A stretch of 64,000 bases of DNA, from the NCBI GenBank assembly GCA_030648835.1, contig JAUSGT010000002.1, positions 309,458-373,457 of the forward strand, read 5' to 3'. The stretch's first letter is position 1, and every line of letters begins with the position of its first letter. Shown one piece after another: positions 9,753-19,609 of the stretch. A program made the position numbers and the translations under genes. The notes beneath the pieces are model-generated. The model was not told the DNA's origin and ran no database searches. It saw nothing but the letters and a program-made list of their open reading frames with translations. The stretch comes from Candidatus Moraniibacteriota bacterium. Lineage in GTDB: Bacteria > Patescibacteriota > Minisyncoccia > Moranbacterales > UBA1568.

Positions 9753-9825
9753 GGGCACATAGCTCAGTTGGTAGAGCAGCGGCCTCTTAAGCCGACGGTC
9801 GCAGGTTCGATCCCTGCTGTGCCCA
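9753..9825 (+). tRNA. tRNA-Lys(CTT)
   Basis: Cloverleaf, anticodon loop CT-CTT-AA. Confidence 0.93.
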
Positions 9826-9829
9826 CAAA

Positions 9830-9904
9830 GCCCTCGTAGCTCAATGGATAGAGCCGCGGACTTCTAAGCCGTTAATGTTGGTTCGATTCCAACCGAGGGC
9901 ACCA
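9830..9904 (+). tRNA. tRNA-Arg(TCT), CCA encoded
   Basis: Cloverleaf, anticodon loop CT-TCT-AA. Confidence 0.9.
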
Positions 9905-9943
9905 GCCGGGGGTAGGTAAACAAAAATTTGAAGCCCTCATAGG

Positions 9944-10016
9944 GGTGACTATCGTTCAACGGTTAGGACTGCGGTTTGTGGTACCGCTAATCTGGGTTCG
10001 ATTCCCAGTAGTCACC
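9944..10016 (+). tRNA. tRNA-His(GTG)
   Basis: Anticodon GTG; G-1:C73 pair. Confidence 0.93.
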
Positions 10017-10353
10017 CCTCTGGGGGTTTTTGTTTTGCTTAAAAATTCCGAGTATATAAACTCGCAGAAAATTTATTTGTCATTGAATGATTATTTTATT
10101 ATACGCGACCGCGTATAATAAAATAACAAGTATAGGAATTTAGAAAGTGGATTTTTTGAATAAAAATAAAAAAAGACCCGGAACCCCTTTAAGAGTGGAA
10201 TAGAAAAGTAAAAGCCCCCGATACCTAAAAGCAAGGTGGTACCAGGGGCAGGATGCCAGACGAGGTCTGGCGCGGAACCTCCCAGAGGGGAGGATTCGAT
10301 TGTGTTGAATCTTGTGTGGCGGATTTTCCGCTCTTATTCTACTGCAAGGTGCT

Positions 10354-10941
10354 TTACTTGTTCGGCGCGCCGCCCGACTGGCTGCTGTTGCCGATCGACA
10401 TGAAGGTGTTGCCGGCGAGCTCGAGGCCGTGAGCGTAGCGCGCGGGATAGCTGACCATGATCGCGGTCGCATTGGTCACGCCGTTTTTCTCAACGAGTGG
10501 CGCCTGGTGGCTGATGGCAGTTCTGCTTAAGCCCGGCGCGCCGATGTTGACGCTCTTCATCGCGTTGACGTCGACCATTTCTTTGCCGTTGATGTAGCCC
10601 GCACCGTCCATGTTTGCACCGAGGTTCGCCTGTTCCAGGGTGTTGGCGCCATTGAACGTGTACTTGGCAGCGAGGGAACCCAGCGCGGCAGCATCGATCC
10701 TGGTGCCGATCGTGGTAAATCCGGGCGCCATTTCTTTGGCTGCGGCGGTCAGGTTCATTTCGGCGTTGAGGGAACCCAGCTCGGCAATGTCAGGCAGCAC
10801 GGTGGCCTTTGCATCGAGCAGGCTGGCAGCGGTGAGTCCCTGGGTCGGTATCTGCGCCGGCGGTTGCAGTGCGATCGCGGGAGCGGCCAGCGCGGCGACC
10901 ATGGCAGCGGCCATCAGGGTGAAACGAAGTTTCGTTTTCAT
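10354..10941 (-). CDS. Hypothetical secreted Ala-rich protein
   Basis: Signal-peptide-like MKTKLRFTLMAAAMVAALAAPAIA; AAGGA SD; GC-rich codon usage; internal LGSL repeat. Confidence 0.65.
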   Translation of the reverse strand: MKTKLRFTLMAAAMVAALAAPAIALQPPAQIPTQGLTAASLLDAKATVLPDIAELGSLNAEMNLTAAAKEMAPGFTTIGTRIDAAALGSLAAKYTFNGANTLEQANLGANMDGAGYINGKEMVDVNAMKSVNIGAPGLSRTAISHQAPLVEKNGVTNATAIMVSYPARYAHGLELAGNTFMSIGNSSQSGGAPNK

Positions 10942-11152
10942 CGGTGAGTCCTTTTCAGGTTGATGGTACGAAGATTGCAATCCCCGTTTAAGTGGAACAT
11001 CCTTCCTATTCCTAAACGGCAGGGTAGAGGGCATATAAATAAATTTCTAATATCTAATTCCTAATGAATGATCAGTTCATTAAATATGCTCTCCATTCTG
11101 CCGCCTCGGAATGAGGAAAACGCAGTAGAATATGTTGTTAAATGACTAAAAT

Positions 11153-11234
11153 GTCATCCTGAACGCAGTGAAGGATCTCGGTAAACAATCCGCAGCCTTT
11201 TTATAAGGGGATTCTTCGCTTTGCTCAGAATGAC
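11153..11234. repeat. REP-like palindromic element GTCATCCTGA...TCAGAATGAC
   Basis: Terminal inverted repeats; related copies at 17730-17812 and 40893-40992. Confidence 0.75.
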
Positions 11235-11353
11235 AACGTACTCTTTATTTGTTTTAAATTATACGCTTTATACGATATATTTCAATTTTCTGTCAATAGT
11301 GTTAATTTTCTCGTATTTAAGCCAAATTCAAAATACTATATTCGATATTCTAA

Positions 11354-12640
11354 TTAGGGATGTATTTTCTTGTATTCGGACCACTGTTTTTCAGACCAGC
11401 CTTTGGGCTTGGTTGCAAAGACCGGTTCTTCGCCGGGATGTGGGAAAAGACTGGGGGACTTGTAGTTGCTCCAGAAGCTGTCGTTGATGAGGCTTTCGCC
11501 GGTTGCATCCGTTACCAATTGGCTGAAGACGGTTTTCATGCTCCCATCGCCGCCCCTTTGCAAAATATGCGGGCCATCGACAGTGACGGTTCGCCCATCT
11601 TTGGTACCGTAGAAACGAAATGTCAGTTCCGTGTCATTGATAGTTGATTGCATGAGAATGGCGCCGGGGGTGTTGTTGGTGAAACCGAGATCGGGCTTGG
11701 GGATGTAGACGGTAGCATCCATCCCATAAGGAGTGTAGTATTTGACGGGGTAGGCGTGGTTGCGGCGCTCCGTAATCTTCATTCCGCTATAGATGGCGGC
11801 GCGGAAAACAGTGGTGGAAACTTGGCAGATGCCGCCGCCGAATTCCGGTGTGGTCTGATTGTTCTTGATGACCAGTTCCGGGAGATAACCGTGTTCGCCG
11901 TCGACCTCGCCCAAGTATTTCACGAAAGAGAATTCCTCACCGGGCGCGATGATGACATTTTGGAATTGTTCCAAGGCACGTTTGATATTGTAGATGCGAT
12001 TCTTGGGGGAGCCTTTGAAATTGGTGCGCCCCTCACCGACGAGCTCTCTTAGCCCGAGGCGTTCGCGATCAGCGGCCACGAGTTTGGCTTGTGTCACTTC
12101 AGTGGGGAGAGTAATTCTGATTGTTTCCGTCTCAGTATTTTGGAGGGCGTTTGCGAGAAGTTCCAAACTTTCTTTTTCTTGCAGACGGCGGCCGACTTTT
12201 TCCAGCTCGGCAACAATCACTCGATCACCTTCGGCGGAAAATACGACGTCGACGGGATCCTGGTTGATTCTTTCGGCAAGTCTCACAATGAATTCTTTGA
12301 GAGCTGGAGTGTCGGTGGTGCGGAAAAGAGTATTGTGGAGATGACGCGAGGTATAACGTGAAAGAGAGAAGTCGCAGAAAAGTTTTTGGGCCGGGCAAAA
12401 AGCGGTATTTTCCACTTCGGAAAGAGCGGGGGGAGTATAGGCGAGATGAGTATCCAGTCGCGTGAAAGCGGAGATAGTGGGGGAAGAGACAGTCTCCGTG
12501 TAATCACCGGAGCGGATGACAAGAGAGTTCAATGTCACGGCGGATGTCTTGTACGGGAAGAAAATACCAACGCACACAGCGCCCAGGATGAGGGTTTTGG
12601 TGATGGGAGAGCGAGATGAATGGGGCGCCGATATTTTCAT
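11354..12640 (-). CDS. VanW family protein
   Basis: R..NI..A, PGEEFSF, GGGICQVSTT.F, ER.NH, G.DATV motifs. Confidence 0.88.
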   Translation of the reverse strand: MKISAPHSSRSPITKTLILGAVCVGIFFPYKTSAVTLNSLVIRSGDYTETVSSPTISAFTRLDTHLAYTPPALSEVENTAFCPAQKLFCDFSLSRYTSRHLHNTLFRTTDTPALKEFIVRLAERINQDPVDVVFSAEGDRVIVAELEKVGRRLQEKESLELLANALQNTETETIRITLPTEVTQAKLVAADRERLGLRELVGEGRTNFKGSPKNRIYNIKRALEQFQNVIIAPGEEFSFVKYLGEVDGEHGYLPELVIKNNQTTPEFGGGICQVSTTVFRAAIYSGMKITERRNHAYPVKYYTPYGMDATVYIPKPDLGFTNNTPGAILMQSTINDTELTFRFYGTKDGRTVTVDGPHILQRGGDGSMKTVFSQLVTDATGESLINDSFWSNYKSPSLFPHPGEEPVFATKPKGWSEKQWSEYKKIHP

Positions 12641-12728
12641 GGAACGAGAGAGAAAAAACAAAGCCGATTCCAGTAGAGCGGAAACGGCAAAGTATTGAAA
12701 TATTCTGTAGAGGCGTTTCAGAGGCCCT

Positions 12729-13280
12729 TTAGAAGCCGCGTACTTGGATTTTCTTGGTTTTGGTTGTGTCAGCCTTCGGCAAACGAATAGTCAAGATACC
12801 GTTTTTGAGCGACGCGTCAGCTTTTTCCGGGAGGACATCCACCGGCAAGAGGACAGTACGGGCGAAGGAACCCCAGTAGCATTCTTGGTAATAGTAATTG
12901 CCGTTTTCTACGATCTCCTCGTTTTTCCGCTCGCCTTTGACCGTAACCATATCATTGTTGATGGAAACATCGAGGTCTTCCGGTTTGACGCCGGCGATAG
13001 TGGACTTGATGACGATATCGTTTTCAGTCTGGTAAACATCGATCGTAAGCTGTCCTTCGGCGCCATCATTTTCGTGTGGCTGGTTCGGACTGGCTGCGGC
13101 GGTAGGCGCCCAAGCTTCCTCACTATTGCGGGGAGCGGCAAAAGCAGGCGCTGGTTCACGCATAGCGACCAAGGTCTCCTCTTCCTCGGTGTAGATAGGG
13201 ACAGATTCGCGATAGTTGTTGCCCTGGACGTCTTTGGCACCCGTGAGACGCTCAAAAAAGGAGTGTTTTTGTTTTATCAT
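12729..13280 (-). CDS. Hsp20/alpha-crystallin small heat shock protein
   Basis: DVYQT, AGVKPEDLDVS, GSF.R...LP, A.LKNGILTI.LPK. Confidence 0.92.
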   Translation of the reverse strand: MIKQKHSFFERLTGAKDVQGNNYRESVPIYTEEEETLVAMREPAPAFAAPRNSEEAWAPTAAASPNQPHENDGAEGQLTIDVYQTENDIVIKSTIAGVKPEDLDVSINNDMVTVKGERKNEEIVENGNYYYQECYWGSFARTVLLPVDVLPEKADASLKNGILTIRLPKADTTKTKKIQVRGF

Positions 13281-13389
13281 AGGGATAAAATTCTCAAGTG
13301 ATTAGATAGTAAAATATCGCTTTTAGTATAGATGATTTTGTAAAGTGGCGCAAGTCCCGTTATTTTTGTATAGCGTAAAAGGTGTTTTT

Positions 13390-13923
13390 TTAGAATAAAA
13401 GTAGGATAGCCAGGTTATAGAGCGTGTGAAAGACAAGAGCGGCGGAAATGAGGGAGAGGGATCCGAATTGACGCTTCTTTGGTTCTTGAGGAGAGGAGTT
13501 TGAAGGGGAAAAAAGAAACAGAGCAAAAGCGATACTGGTCGCTATATGTAGGCCGAGGATTCCCGGCACCGCGAAAGAGGAGTGGAGTGTGGACGTATTC
13601 AAAACGAAAAGAGTTTCCAGGATGGCAAAGCCGAGTCCGAAGAGTGTACCGAGAATAAGGGAATGGTTGAAAGAGGTTCCGCCACGGGCAAAAAAACGTA
13701 AGGAGTATTGACGAAGAAATATATATTTGGTGGTTTCCTCGATGAACGCGATGCCGAGGAGGATGAAGAAGGATTCGAGTGAAAACACCCCATCGAAAGT
13801 AAAGGGGATGGCGGTGAAAAGAGTCTGATCGGGGAGGGAGAGCAGACTCACCGAGAGAAGTTCGAGAATGAGCGCGAAGCTCGAAGCGAGAGCGCCGAAA
13901 AGAATGATGACGATGAAAGGCAT
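13390..13923 (-). CDS. PrsW-family intramembrane metalloprotease-like protein
   Basis: EExxK, GLGFAxxE, H and HxxYN motifs in a multi-TM protein. Confidence 0.7.
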   Translation of the reverse strand: MPFIVIILFGALASSFALILELLSVSLLSLPDQTLFTAIPFTFDGVFSLESFFILLGIAFIEETTKYIFLRQYSLRFFARGGTSFNHSLILGTLFGLGFAILETLFVLNTSTLHSSFAVPGILGLHIATSIAFALFLFSPSNSSPQEPKKRQFGSLSLISAALVFHTLYNLAILLLF

Positions 13924-13993
13924 ATTTGAATAGTATCAAGTAGAAGGTATCAAGTATCAAGTATGGGGACGGAGGCAATGAGAAAAGAAATTT

Positions 13994-16627
13994 TTAGACG
14001 AGCGAAGCGAGGTGGTGTTCGAAATCAGCGAGCTGTTTTCTCGCCTCTTCCAACTTCAACCGCTCCGCAACAACCACGTCCGGTTTGGCGCGTTCGATAA
14101 AGTTTTTATTTGAGAGTTTTGTTTCAAGAGTCGCGATGTATTTTGCTTTTTCGGATTTTTCATTTTCGAGACGTTTTGTTTCGGCATCAAAATCAATCAC
14201 GCCTTCAAGCTCAATAAATGTCTGAAGCGATCCGCATTGCGCAAGCGCTGTATGTGGTGGGAGGGTTTCGGAAAAATGAATTTCATTGATACGGGCGAGG
14301 CGTTTGAAAATTGCTTCATTCTTCTGAATGGATTGTTGTGATTCGCCGCGGACGGTAATACTGAGTTTTGTAGCCGGATCGATTTGGTAGAAGGCTTTTA
14401 TGGCGCGAATTTCTTGAATGAGCCCGATAACGAGTTGGAAGCTTGATGCTCCGTCTACTGCAGGTTTACCCTCCGAAGCTTTGGCGAAGGAGGGCCACTG
14501 TTCGACCATGAGGAGATTTTTTGTGTTATTGCCGGATATTCCCCAAAGCGCTTCGGTGACGTATGGCATAAAGGGGTGCCACAATTTGAGAAGCGTTTCA
14601 AAAACAAAACAGAGTACAGTATCATTCTTTTCAACCTTATGAATTTCTACATACCAGTCGGCAAATTCAGTCCAAGTAAAATCACGTAGTTTTTCTCCGG
14701 CGAGAGAGAGCTGGTAGTTTTCGATGAGTCGTGTCACTTCTCCTGCCGTATCTTGTAGTCGTTTCAGTATCCAATGATCCGCATCGCTTTTTGGTATCGG
14801 AACTATCGTAGGTTGTGAATCGCTAGTCGTGAGTTGAGTTTGAACATATCGTCCGATATTCCAGAGTTTATTCGTGAAATTTCGGAAACTGATAATCTTT
14901 TCGTCGCCAACCCGAACATCATTTCCGGGGGAGGATCCGATAACCAGGGCGAGACGCAACGCATCCGCACCGTAGTCAGCAATCATATCCAGCGGATCGA
15001 TAATGTTGTCCAAACTCTTACTCATCTTGTGGCCTTGTTCATCGCGTACGAGTCCGTGGAGATACACCGTTTTGAAAGGCACAGTATCGAGGAGATAGGT
15101 GGTCATAAGAATCATACGAGCTATCCAGAAAAAGAGGATATCATAGCCGGTTTCGAGTAATGCAGTTGGATGGTATGTTTTCAAATCCTCAGTGTGTTCC
15201 GGCCAGCCCAAAGTAGAGAATGTCCACAATCCGGATGAAAACCACGTATCAAGTGTGTCTGGGTCTTGTTGCCAGTCATCGCCTTCAGGTGCTTCGATGC
15301 CGCAATATATTTCCTCGTTTTTATACCAAACGGGTATCCTATGACCGTACCAAATTTGCCGTGAAATACACCAATCACGGAGGTTGTCGATCCAGTGGAA
15401 ATATACTTTTTCAAAACGTTCGGGGAGGATTTTGATTTTTCCTGATCGCACAGCATCCTGCATGAGTGACTTGAGCGTTACCGTTTTTCCGGCACGCTCA
15501 AATTCTTTGTTGACATTGATCCACCATTGTTTTTTGACTTGGGGTTCGATAACACCCCCTCCGCGACTGTTGGTGGCTATATTATGAGCATATTGTTCGT
15601 CGACCTTTACGACGAGTCCTTTGGTCTTAAGCTTCTCGACAATTTTTTTGCGAGCCTCCTTTATTCCTTGTCCCGCAAATTCCTTCGCAATAGGCAGGAG
15701 TTTTCCTTGGTCGTCGATAATTTGCTCGATATCGAGACCGTGCCTCTTTGCGATTTCGAAGTCTATACGCGAATGAGCGGGAGTAATGGTCATAACGCCG
15801 GATCCGAATGTCATATCGCCCGCCGTGTCTTTGATAATGGTGGCCGTGATGGGCCCATTTATCCATTCCAGGTCGATTTTTTGTCCATGCTGGTATTCTT
15901 TGTAGCGTTCATCATCCGGATGCATGACCACATACTTGTCGCCGAATTTGGTTTCAGGGCGTACCGTACCGATGACGAAGGGGCCGTACTGGAAATAATA
16001 GAAAGGGCTATTTTTTTCCACGTAATCGATTTCATCGTCAGAGACGGTCGTTTGCATCTCTGGATCCCAGTTGACGATACGCTCACCGCGATAAATTATT
16101 GCCTCATCAAACATTTTTTTGAAAGCGGTACGAACGGCAAAGTTACGTTTTTCATCCAAGGTGTAGGCTTCGCGCGACCAGTCGAGCGAGGAACCTATTT
16201 TTTTTGTCTGGTGGATGATAGTGTCATGGCTTGCCTTCGCGAATGTTTCAACACGTTTCAACAGTTCCTCACGCCCCAGATCATGGCGAGTCTTTCCCTC
16301 TTCTTCGAAAATAATCTTTTCGACTTTGCTCTGGGTGGCGATAGCGGCATGATCGGTGCCGGGCAGCCAGAGGGTGCGATAACCCTGCATTCGTTTGAAA
16401 CGAACAATCAGATCCTCAATCGCCAGCATACAGGCGCTCCCGGTGTGGAGCGTCCCTGTCACATTCGGTGGGGGAAGAACAATACTGAAAGGAACGGCAT
16501 CCACTTTTGTGACGCCGGCTTCAATGCATTTGTCCGGGTTGAAAAAACCACTCTCTTCCCAAGCGTGGTAGAGCTTGTCTTCCCAATCTTTGGCATCGTA
16601 GGCTTTGGGGATTTCTTGTCCGTTCAT
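13994..16627 (-). CDS. valS: Valine--tRNA ligase
   Basis: PPPNVTG, DHAAIATQ, DWCISRQ, DTWFSS, KMSKS, C-terminal coiled coil. Confidence 0.97.
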   Translation of the reverse strand: MNGQEIPKAYDAKDWEDKLYHAWEESGFFNPDKCIEAGVTKVDAVPFSIVLPPPNVTGTLHTGSACMLAIEDLIVRFKRMQGYRTLWLPGTDHAAIATQSKVEKIIFEEEGKTRHDLGREELLKRVETFAKASHDTIIHQTKKIGSSLDWSREAYTLDEKRNFAVRTAFKKMFDEAIIYRGERIVNWDPEMQTTVSDDEIDYVEKNSPFYYFQYGPFVIGTVRPETKFGDKYVVMHPDDERYKEYQHGQKIDLEWINGPITATIIKDTAGDMTFGSGVMTITPAHSRIDFEIAKRHGLDIEQIIDDQGKLLPIAKEFAGQGIKEARKKIVEKLKTKGLVVKVDEQYAHNIATNSRGGGVIEPQVKKQWWINVNKEFERAGKTVTLKSLMQDAVRSGKIKILPERFEKVYFHWIDNLRDWCISRQIWYGHRIPVWYKNEEIYCGIEAPEGDDWQQDPDTLDTWFSSGLWTFSTLGWPEHTEDLKTYHPTALLETGYDILFFWIARMILMTTYLLDTVPFKTVYLHGLVRDEQGHKMSKSLDNIIDPLDMIADYGADALRLALVIGSSPGNDVRVGDEKIISFRNFTNKLWNIGRYVQTQLTTSDSQPTIVPIPKSDADHWILKRLQDTAGEVTRLIENYQLSLAGEKLRDFTWTEFADWYVEIHKVEKNDTVLCFVFETLLKLWHPFMPYVTEALWGISGNNTKNLLMVEQWPSFAKASEGKPAVDGASSFQLVIGLIQEIRAIKAFYQIDPATKLSITVRGESQQSIQKNEAIFKRLARINEIHFSETLPPHTALAQCGSLQTFIELEGVIDFDAETKRLENEKSEKAKYIATLETKLSNKNFIERAKPDVVVAERLKLEEARKQLADFEHHLASLV
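14469..14494. repeat. Short palindromic repeat inserted in frame in valS (PSFAKASEG)
   Basis: CCCTCCGAAGCTTTGGCGAAGGAGGG; related intergenic copies near 21624, 31487 and 32747-32806. Confidence 0.7.
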
Positions 16628-16659
16628 ATCGTTCAGAATACCATTAGAAAGCCTTTACT

Positions 16660-17226
16660 TCAACCTTTTACATCATTCAGTATGCGGAGAAAGATTTCAT
16701 CGCCCGAGGTTTGGTCAATGAGATGTTCAGGATGGAATTGAAGTCCCCAGAGCGGGCGTGAGCTATGTTTGAATATTTCCTTGCCGTCTTCAGACTCCGC
16801 AAGGACATCGAATGACTCCGGGAGTTTTTTGATTGCCCAAGAATGGCCCTCATATACTTGAAAAGGAGAATGGATGCTGAGTATCCGTGTGCCAGTTTCT
16901 GTCGGTAAGACAGTGATGATTCCCTGTCGTTTTTTTCCGAGGAATTCAAGCTCTGCGTCAAATGCATTCGCAATAATCTGCGCTCCGAGACAAATGCCAA
17001 TGATCGGTTTTTCTGATCCGAGAATGATGCTTTTTTGGATGAGAAAAAATTCTTCGTATTCTGTGACGGACGGAACGTTCGTTCCACCGGAAAGAATGAT
17101 GAGATCACGTCCGAGCGCGTCAGTAGCAGAGAGTTTATTCCATGGCACAACAGTCGGAGTATCCGGAAGAAGTCTGCAGATTTTTTCGAGATGTTTTGTC
17201 TGGTTGTCGATGAGGAGAATGTTCAT
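16660..17226 (-). CDS. Class I glutamine amidotransferase
   Basis: IILSGG, GICLGAQ, QFHPE. Confidence 0.88.
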   Translation of the reverse strand: MNILLIDNQTKHLEKICRLLPDTPTVVPWNKLSATDALGRDLIILSGGTNVPSVTEYEEFFLIQKSIILGSEKPIIGICLGAQIIANAFDAELEFLGKKRQGIITVLPTETGTRILSIHSPFQVYEGHSWAIKKLPESFDVLAESEDGKEIFKHSSRPLWGLQFHPEHLIDQTSGDEIFLRILNDVKG

Positions 17227-17231
17227 AATAT

Positions 17232-18419
17232 TTAAGATTTTAGATTTTGGAGTGGCAGGTTGGCATCGGGGTCGAGAGTGAGGGGAGTGTCCATAAGTTC
17301 CTTTCTCTGTTGTACACTCATATGTTCGTAACGGAAGGCGGCGGCGATGCCGATCATAGCCGCGTTATCGAGCGAGTAGGCAAATTCCGGTGTCAGAAAG
17401 GTTATCTTATCCTGATTTGGAAGCTCGGCTTCCAAATTGAGAGAATCGATGATTTTTTGCAATTGTTCGCGGAGACGTACGTTTGCGGAGACACCGCCGG
17501 CGATGACAAGCGTTTGGGGTGAATAGAGTTCAATCGCTTTTTTTGTCTTAGTCACCAACACATCGACGACGGCTTCTTGAAACTCACAACAGACTTGATC
17601 GATGAATTTCTCGTTTCTCATCCCTGCCGTATGTTTTTTCAGAAAGTAGAGAACTGCTGTTTTCAATCCGGAAAATGAGAAATTGAAATCATCGCTGTTT
17701 AACATTGGTCTCGGAAAGGTAAATTTAGTGTCATCCCGAACTTGTCGAGGGATCTCGTTTTTTGTATCAACAACTTGGGTATTACGGGATTCCTCACTAT
17801 GTTCAGAATGACGCTGTCTAAAATCATCGGCACGTTTCGCGACGATTGGTCCACCAGGGTAGGTGAGGCCGAGAAGTTTAGCTACTTTATCAAAAGCTTC
17901 GCCCGCGGCGTCATCTTGTGTTTCCCCAAGCACTTCGTATTGGAAATGACCGCGCATCAAGACAAGTTCGGTATGTCCACCGGATACAATCAGAGCAATC
18001 AAAGGAAAAATATCTTTTTGGTTTTTGGTTATTGGTGATTGGTTATTGCCAATGAAATTGGCGTATATATGTCCCTCGAGATGATTGATGCCGATAAGCG
18101 GCTTTTTCCAAATAAGCGCCAGAGTTTTGGCGGCGCTGACACCGACCAAGAGGGCCGGCATCAGTCCGGGTCCTTGGGTGACGGCGATGAAGTCAATAGT
18201 ATCCGGTTTTGTGCCGGAGCGGGTGAGTGTTTCTTCTATGACAGGAACGATGTTTTTCATATGTTCTCGTGAAGCGAGATTCGGGACCACACCACCCCAT
18301 TTTTCATGGACTGTCTGCGTGGAAACGGTATTGGCAAGCACGGTAGCTTTGGAATCGGTCCATTCTATAATAGCGGCCGCCGTGTCATCACAGGATGTTT
18401 CGATGCTCAAAATGCGCAT
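17232..18419 (-). CDS. tsaD: tRNA t6A threonylcarbamoyltransferase TsaD
   Basis: IETSCDDT, GGVVP, GPGL, HLEGH, SGGHT, DDAAGEAFDK, FSFSGLKT, DNAAMI. Confidence 0.96.
   Translation of the reverse strand: MRILSIETSCDDTAAAIIEWTDSKATVLANTVSTQTVHEKWGGVVPNLASREHMKNIVPVIEETLTRSGTKPDTIDFIAVTQGPGLMPALLVGVSAAKTLALIWKKPLIGINHLEGHIYANFIGNNQSPITKNQKDIFPLIALIVSGGHTELVLMRGHFQYEVLGETQDDAAGEAFDKVAKLLGLTYPGGPIVAKRADDFRQRHSEHSEESRNTQVVDTKNEIPRQVRDDTKFTFPRPMLNSDDFNFSFSGLKTAVLYFLKKHTAGMRNEKFIDQVCCEFQEAVVDVLVTKTKKAIELYSPQTLVIAGGVSANVRLREQLQKIIDSLNLEAELPNQDKITFLTPEFAYSLDNAAMIGIAAAFRYEHMSVQQRKELMDTPLTLDPDANLPLQNLKS
17730..17812. repeat. REP-like palindromic element inserted in frame in tsaD
   Basis: GTCATCCCGAAC...GTTCAGAATGAC, translated within RHSEHSEESR...IPRQVRDD. 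Confidence 0.75.
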
Positions 18420-18459
18420 GATTGTGTTGAATAGGATATACTGTAACTGTATCAAGCCT

Positions 18460-19095
18460 ATGACAAAGCGCAAGTATTCCAAGGAAGTTGGCAAGGATGT
18501 AACCGATGAAGAGTTGGTGGCTTTGGTACGGCGCGTTGACCCGGGCTACTATGAGGCAATAGTCACTCGTTATCGGAAGAAGTTACTCCCATATTTTTGG
18601 CGCTTGATCGGTGTCGGTGATGAAGCGGAAGATTTGCTTCAGAATGTTTTTATCAAAGTATTCGAGCACTTAGCCGACTTCGATATACAGCGGAAATTTT
18701 CCCCGTGGATTTATCGTATCGCGCACAATGAGGCGGTGAATTATCTCAAGAAAAAAAGCTATCGCCAGCTGATAGCCTGGGAAGATATCACCAGTGTCAA
18801 GGAGATGACGAGCGCCAGAGATGAGGGTGAAACACCGGAAGAAGCGCGGATGAGAGATGAGGCGCGTATCGCACTCAGAAGAGCGCTTAATACGCTCCCC
18901 AAAAAGTATCGGGAAATTCTTCAACTGCGTTATTATCTGGATAAGTCATACGCCGAGATGAGCCGGATTTTGAAGAAACCCGAGAATACGGTGGCCAGTA
19001 TGCTGAGCCGGGCGAAGAAACAACTCTTCAAAAGTCTCGGTGAACGCAATAGAGATGTTACAAGCCCATTTGATCCGGAAAGGTTTTTCTTGTAG
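18460..19095 (+). CDS. ECF sigma-70 factor
   Basis: AEDLLQ.VF, FSPWIYRIAHN, LP.KYREIL.LRY...SY.E, TV.S.L.RA. Confidence 0.92.
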   Translation: MTKRKYSKEVGKDVTDEELVALVRRVDPGYYEAIVTRYRKKLLPYFWRLIGVGDEAEDLLQNVFIKVFEHLADFDIQRKFSPWIYRIAHNEAVNYLKKKSYRQLIAWEDITSVKEMTSARDEGETPEEARMRDEARIALRRALNTLPKKYREILQLRYYLDKSYAEMSRILKKPENTVASMLSRAKKQLFKSLGERNRDVTSPFDPERFFL

Positions 19096-19609
19096 TTTTA
19101 GGAATAAATTTACTCCCCGTATATGTTTCCTTTTCCTTTAGCAATTCTTCTTGCATATGGGCAAAGTGACCAAAAAAATCATCAACAATATCCGCATCCA
19201 CGGAAGGTTTGACCACGTTTCTGGCGCCTCCGTCTATCATGCGTTGTGAGTGGATGAGTATCTTGTCAATTTTCAAAGTACGATTATAGCCTCCGTCAGT
19301 GAAAATTTCCACATCGTGACCGCCCAACGCCCCTGAAAAATGTTTCCCAACAAAACCTTTTTGGTTGAATGTTTTTCTTGATTCTGTCATCGAGAGATTT
19401 CGATACTCGTCCCTCGTAGCTTTTTCCAATACATTCTCGACCAGAGCAGCCTCCCTCGTCGTATCGATGTAATTCTCCATGGTTCTCTTCTGCTGTTTCT
19501 TCAAAGTTTTTCTTGCGGGGGCGCCGGCTTCGCCTAATGTGGCCATCGCTTCCTTCTGAGCTTTGATGAGCGCTTCATAGTCTTGCCTATCGGGTGAAAA
19601 TTCTGGCAT
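19058..19609 (-). CDS. Hypothetical protein
   Basis: 183-aa ORF with plausible composition; no recognised motif. Confidence 0.55.
   Translation of the reverse strand: MPEFSPDRQDYEALIKAQKEAMATLGEAGAPARKTLKKQQKRTMENYIDTTREAALVENVLEKATRDEYRNLSMTESRKTFNQKGFVGKHFSGALGGHDVEIFTDGGYNRTLKIDKILIHSQRMIDGGARNVVKPSVDADIVDDFFGHFAHMQEELLKEKETYTGSKFIPKTTRKTFPDQMGL

Noticed and set aside
572-16741. Long antisense or alternate-frame ORFs such as 572-1315, 1991-3268 and 15527-16741
   Set aside because: They are shadows of well-supported genes (purN, purL, valS) with no motifs of their own.
16660-17226. Assigning the amidotransferase as guaA or trpG
   Set aside because: Only generic class I GATase motifs are present and no partner synthase is adjacent.
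18085-18494. Extended N-termini of the ECF sigma (18085) and tsaD (18494) from the ORF track
   Set aside because: They would overlap each other; family motifs begin at 18460 and 18419.
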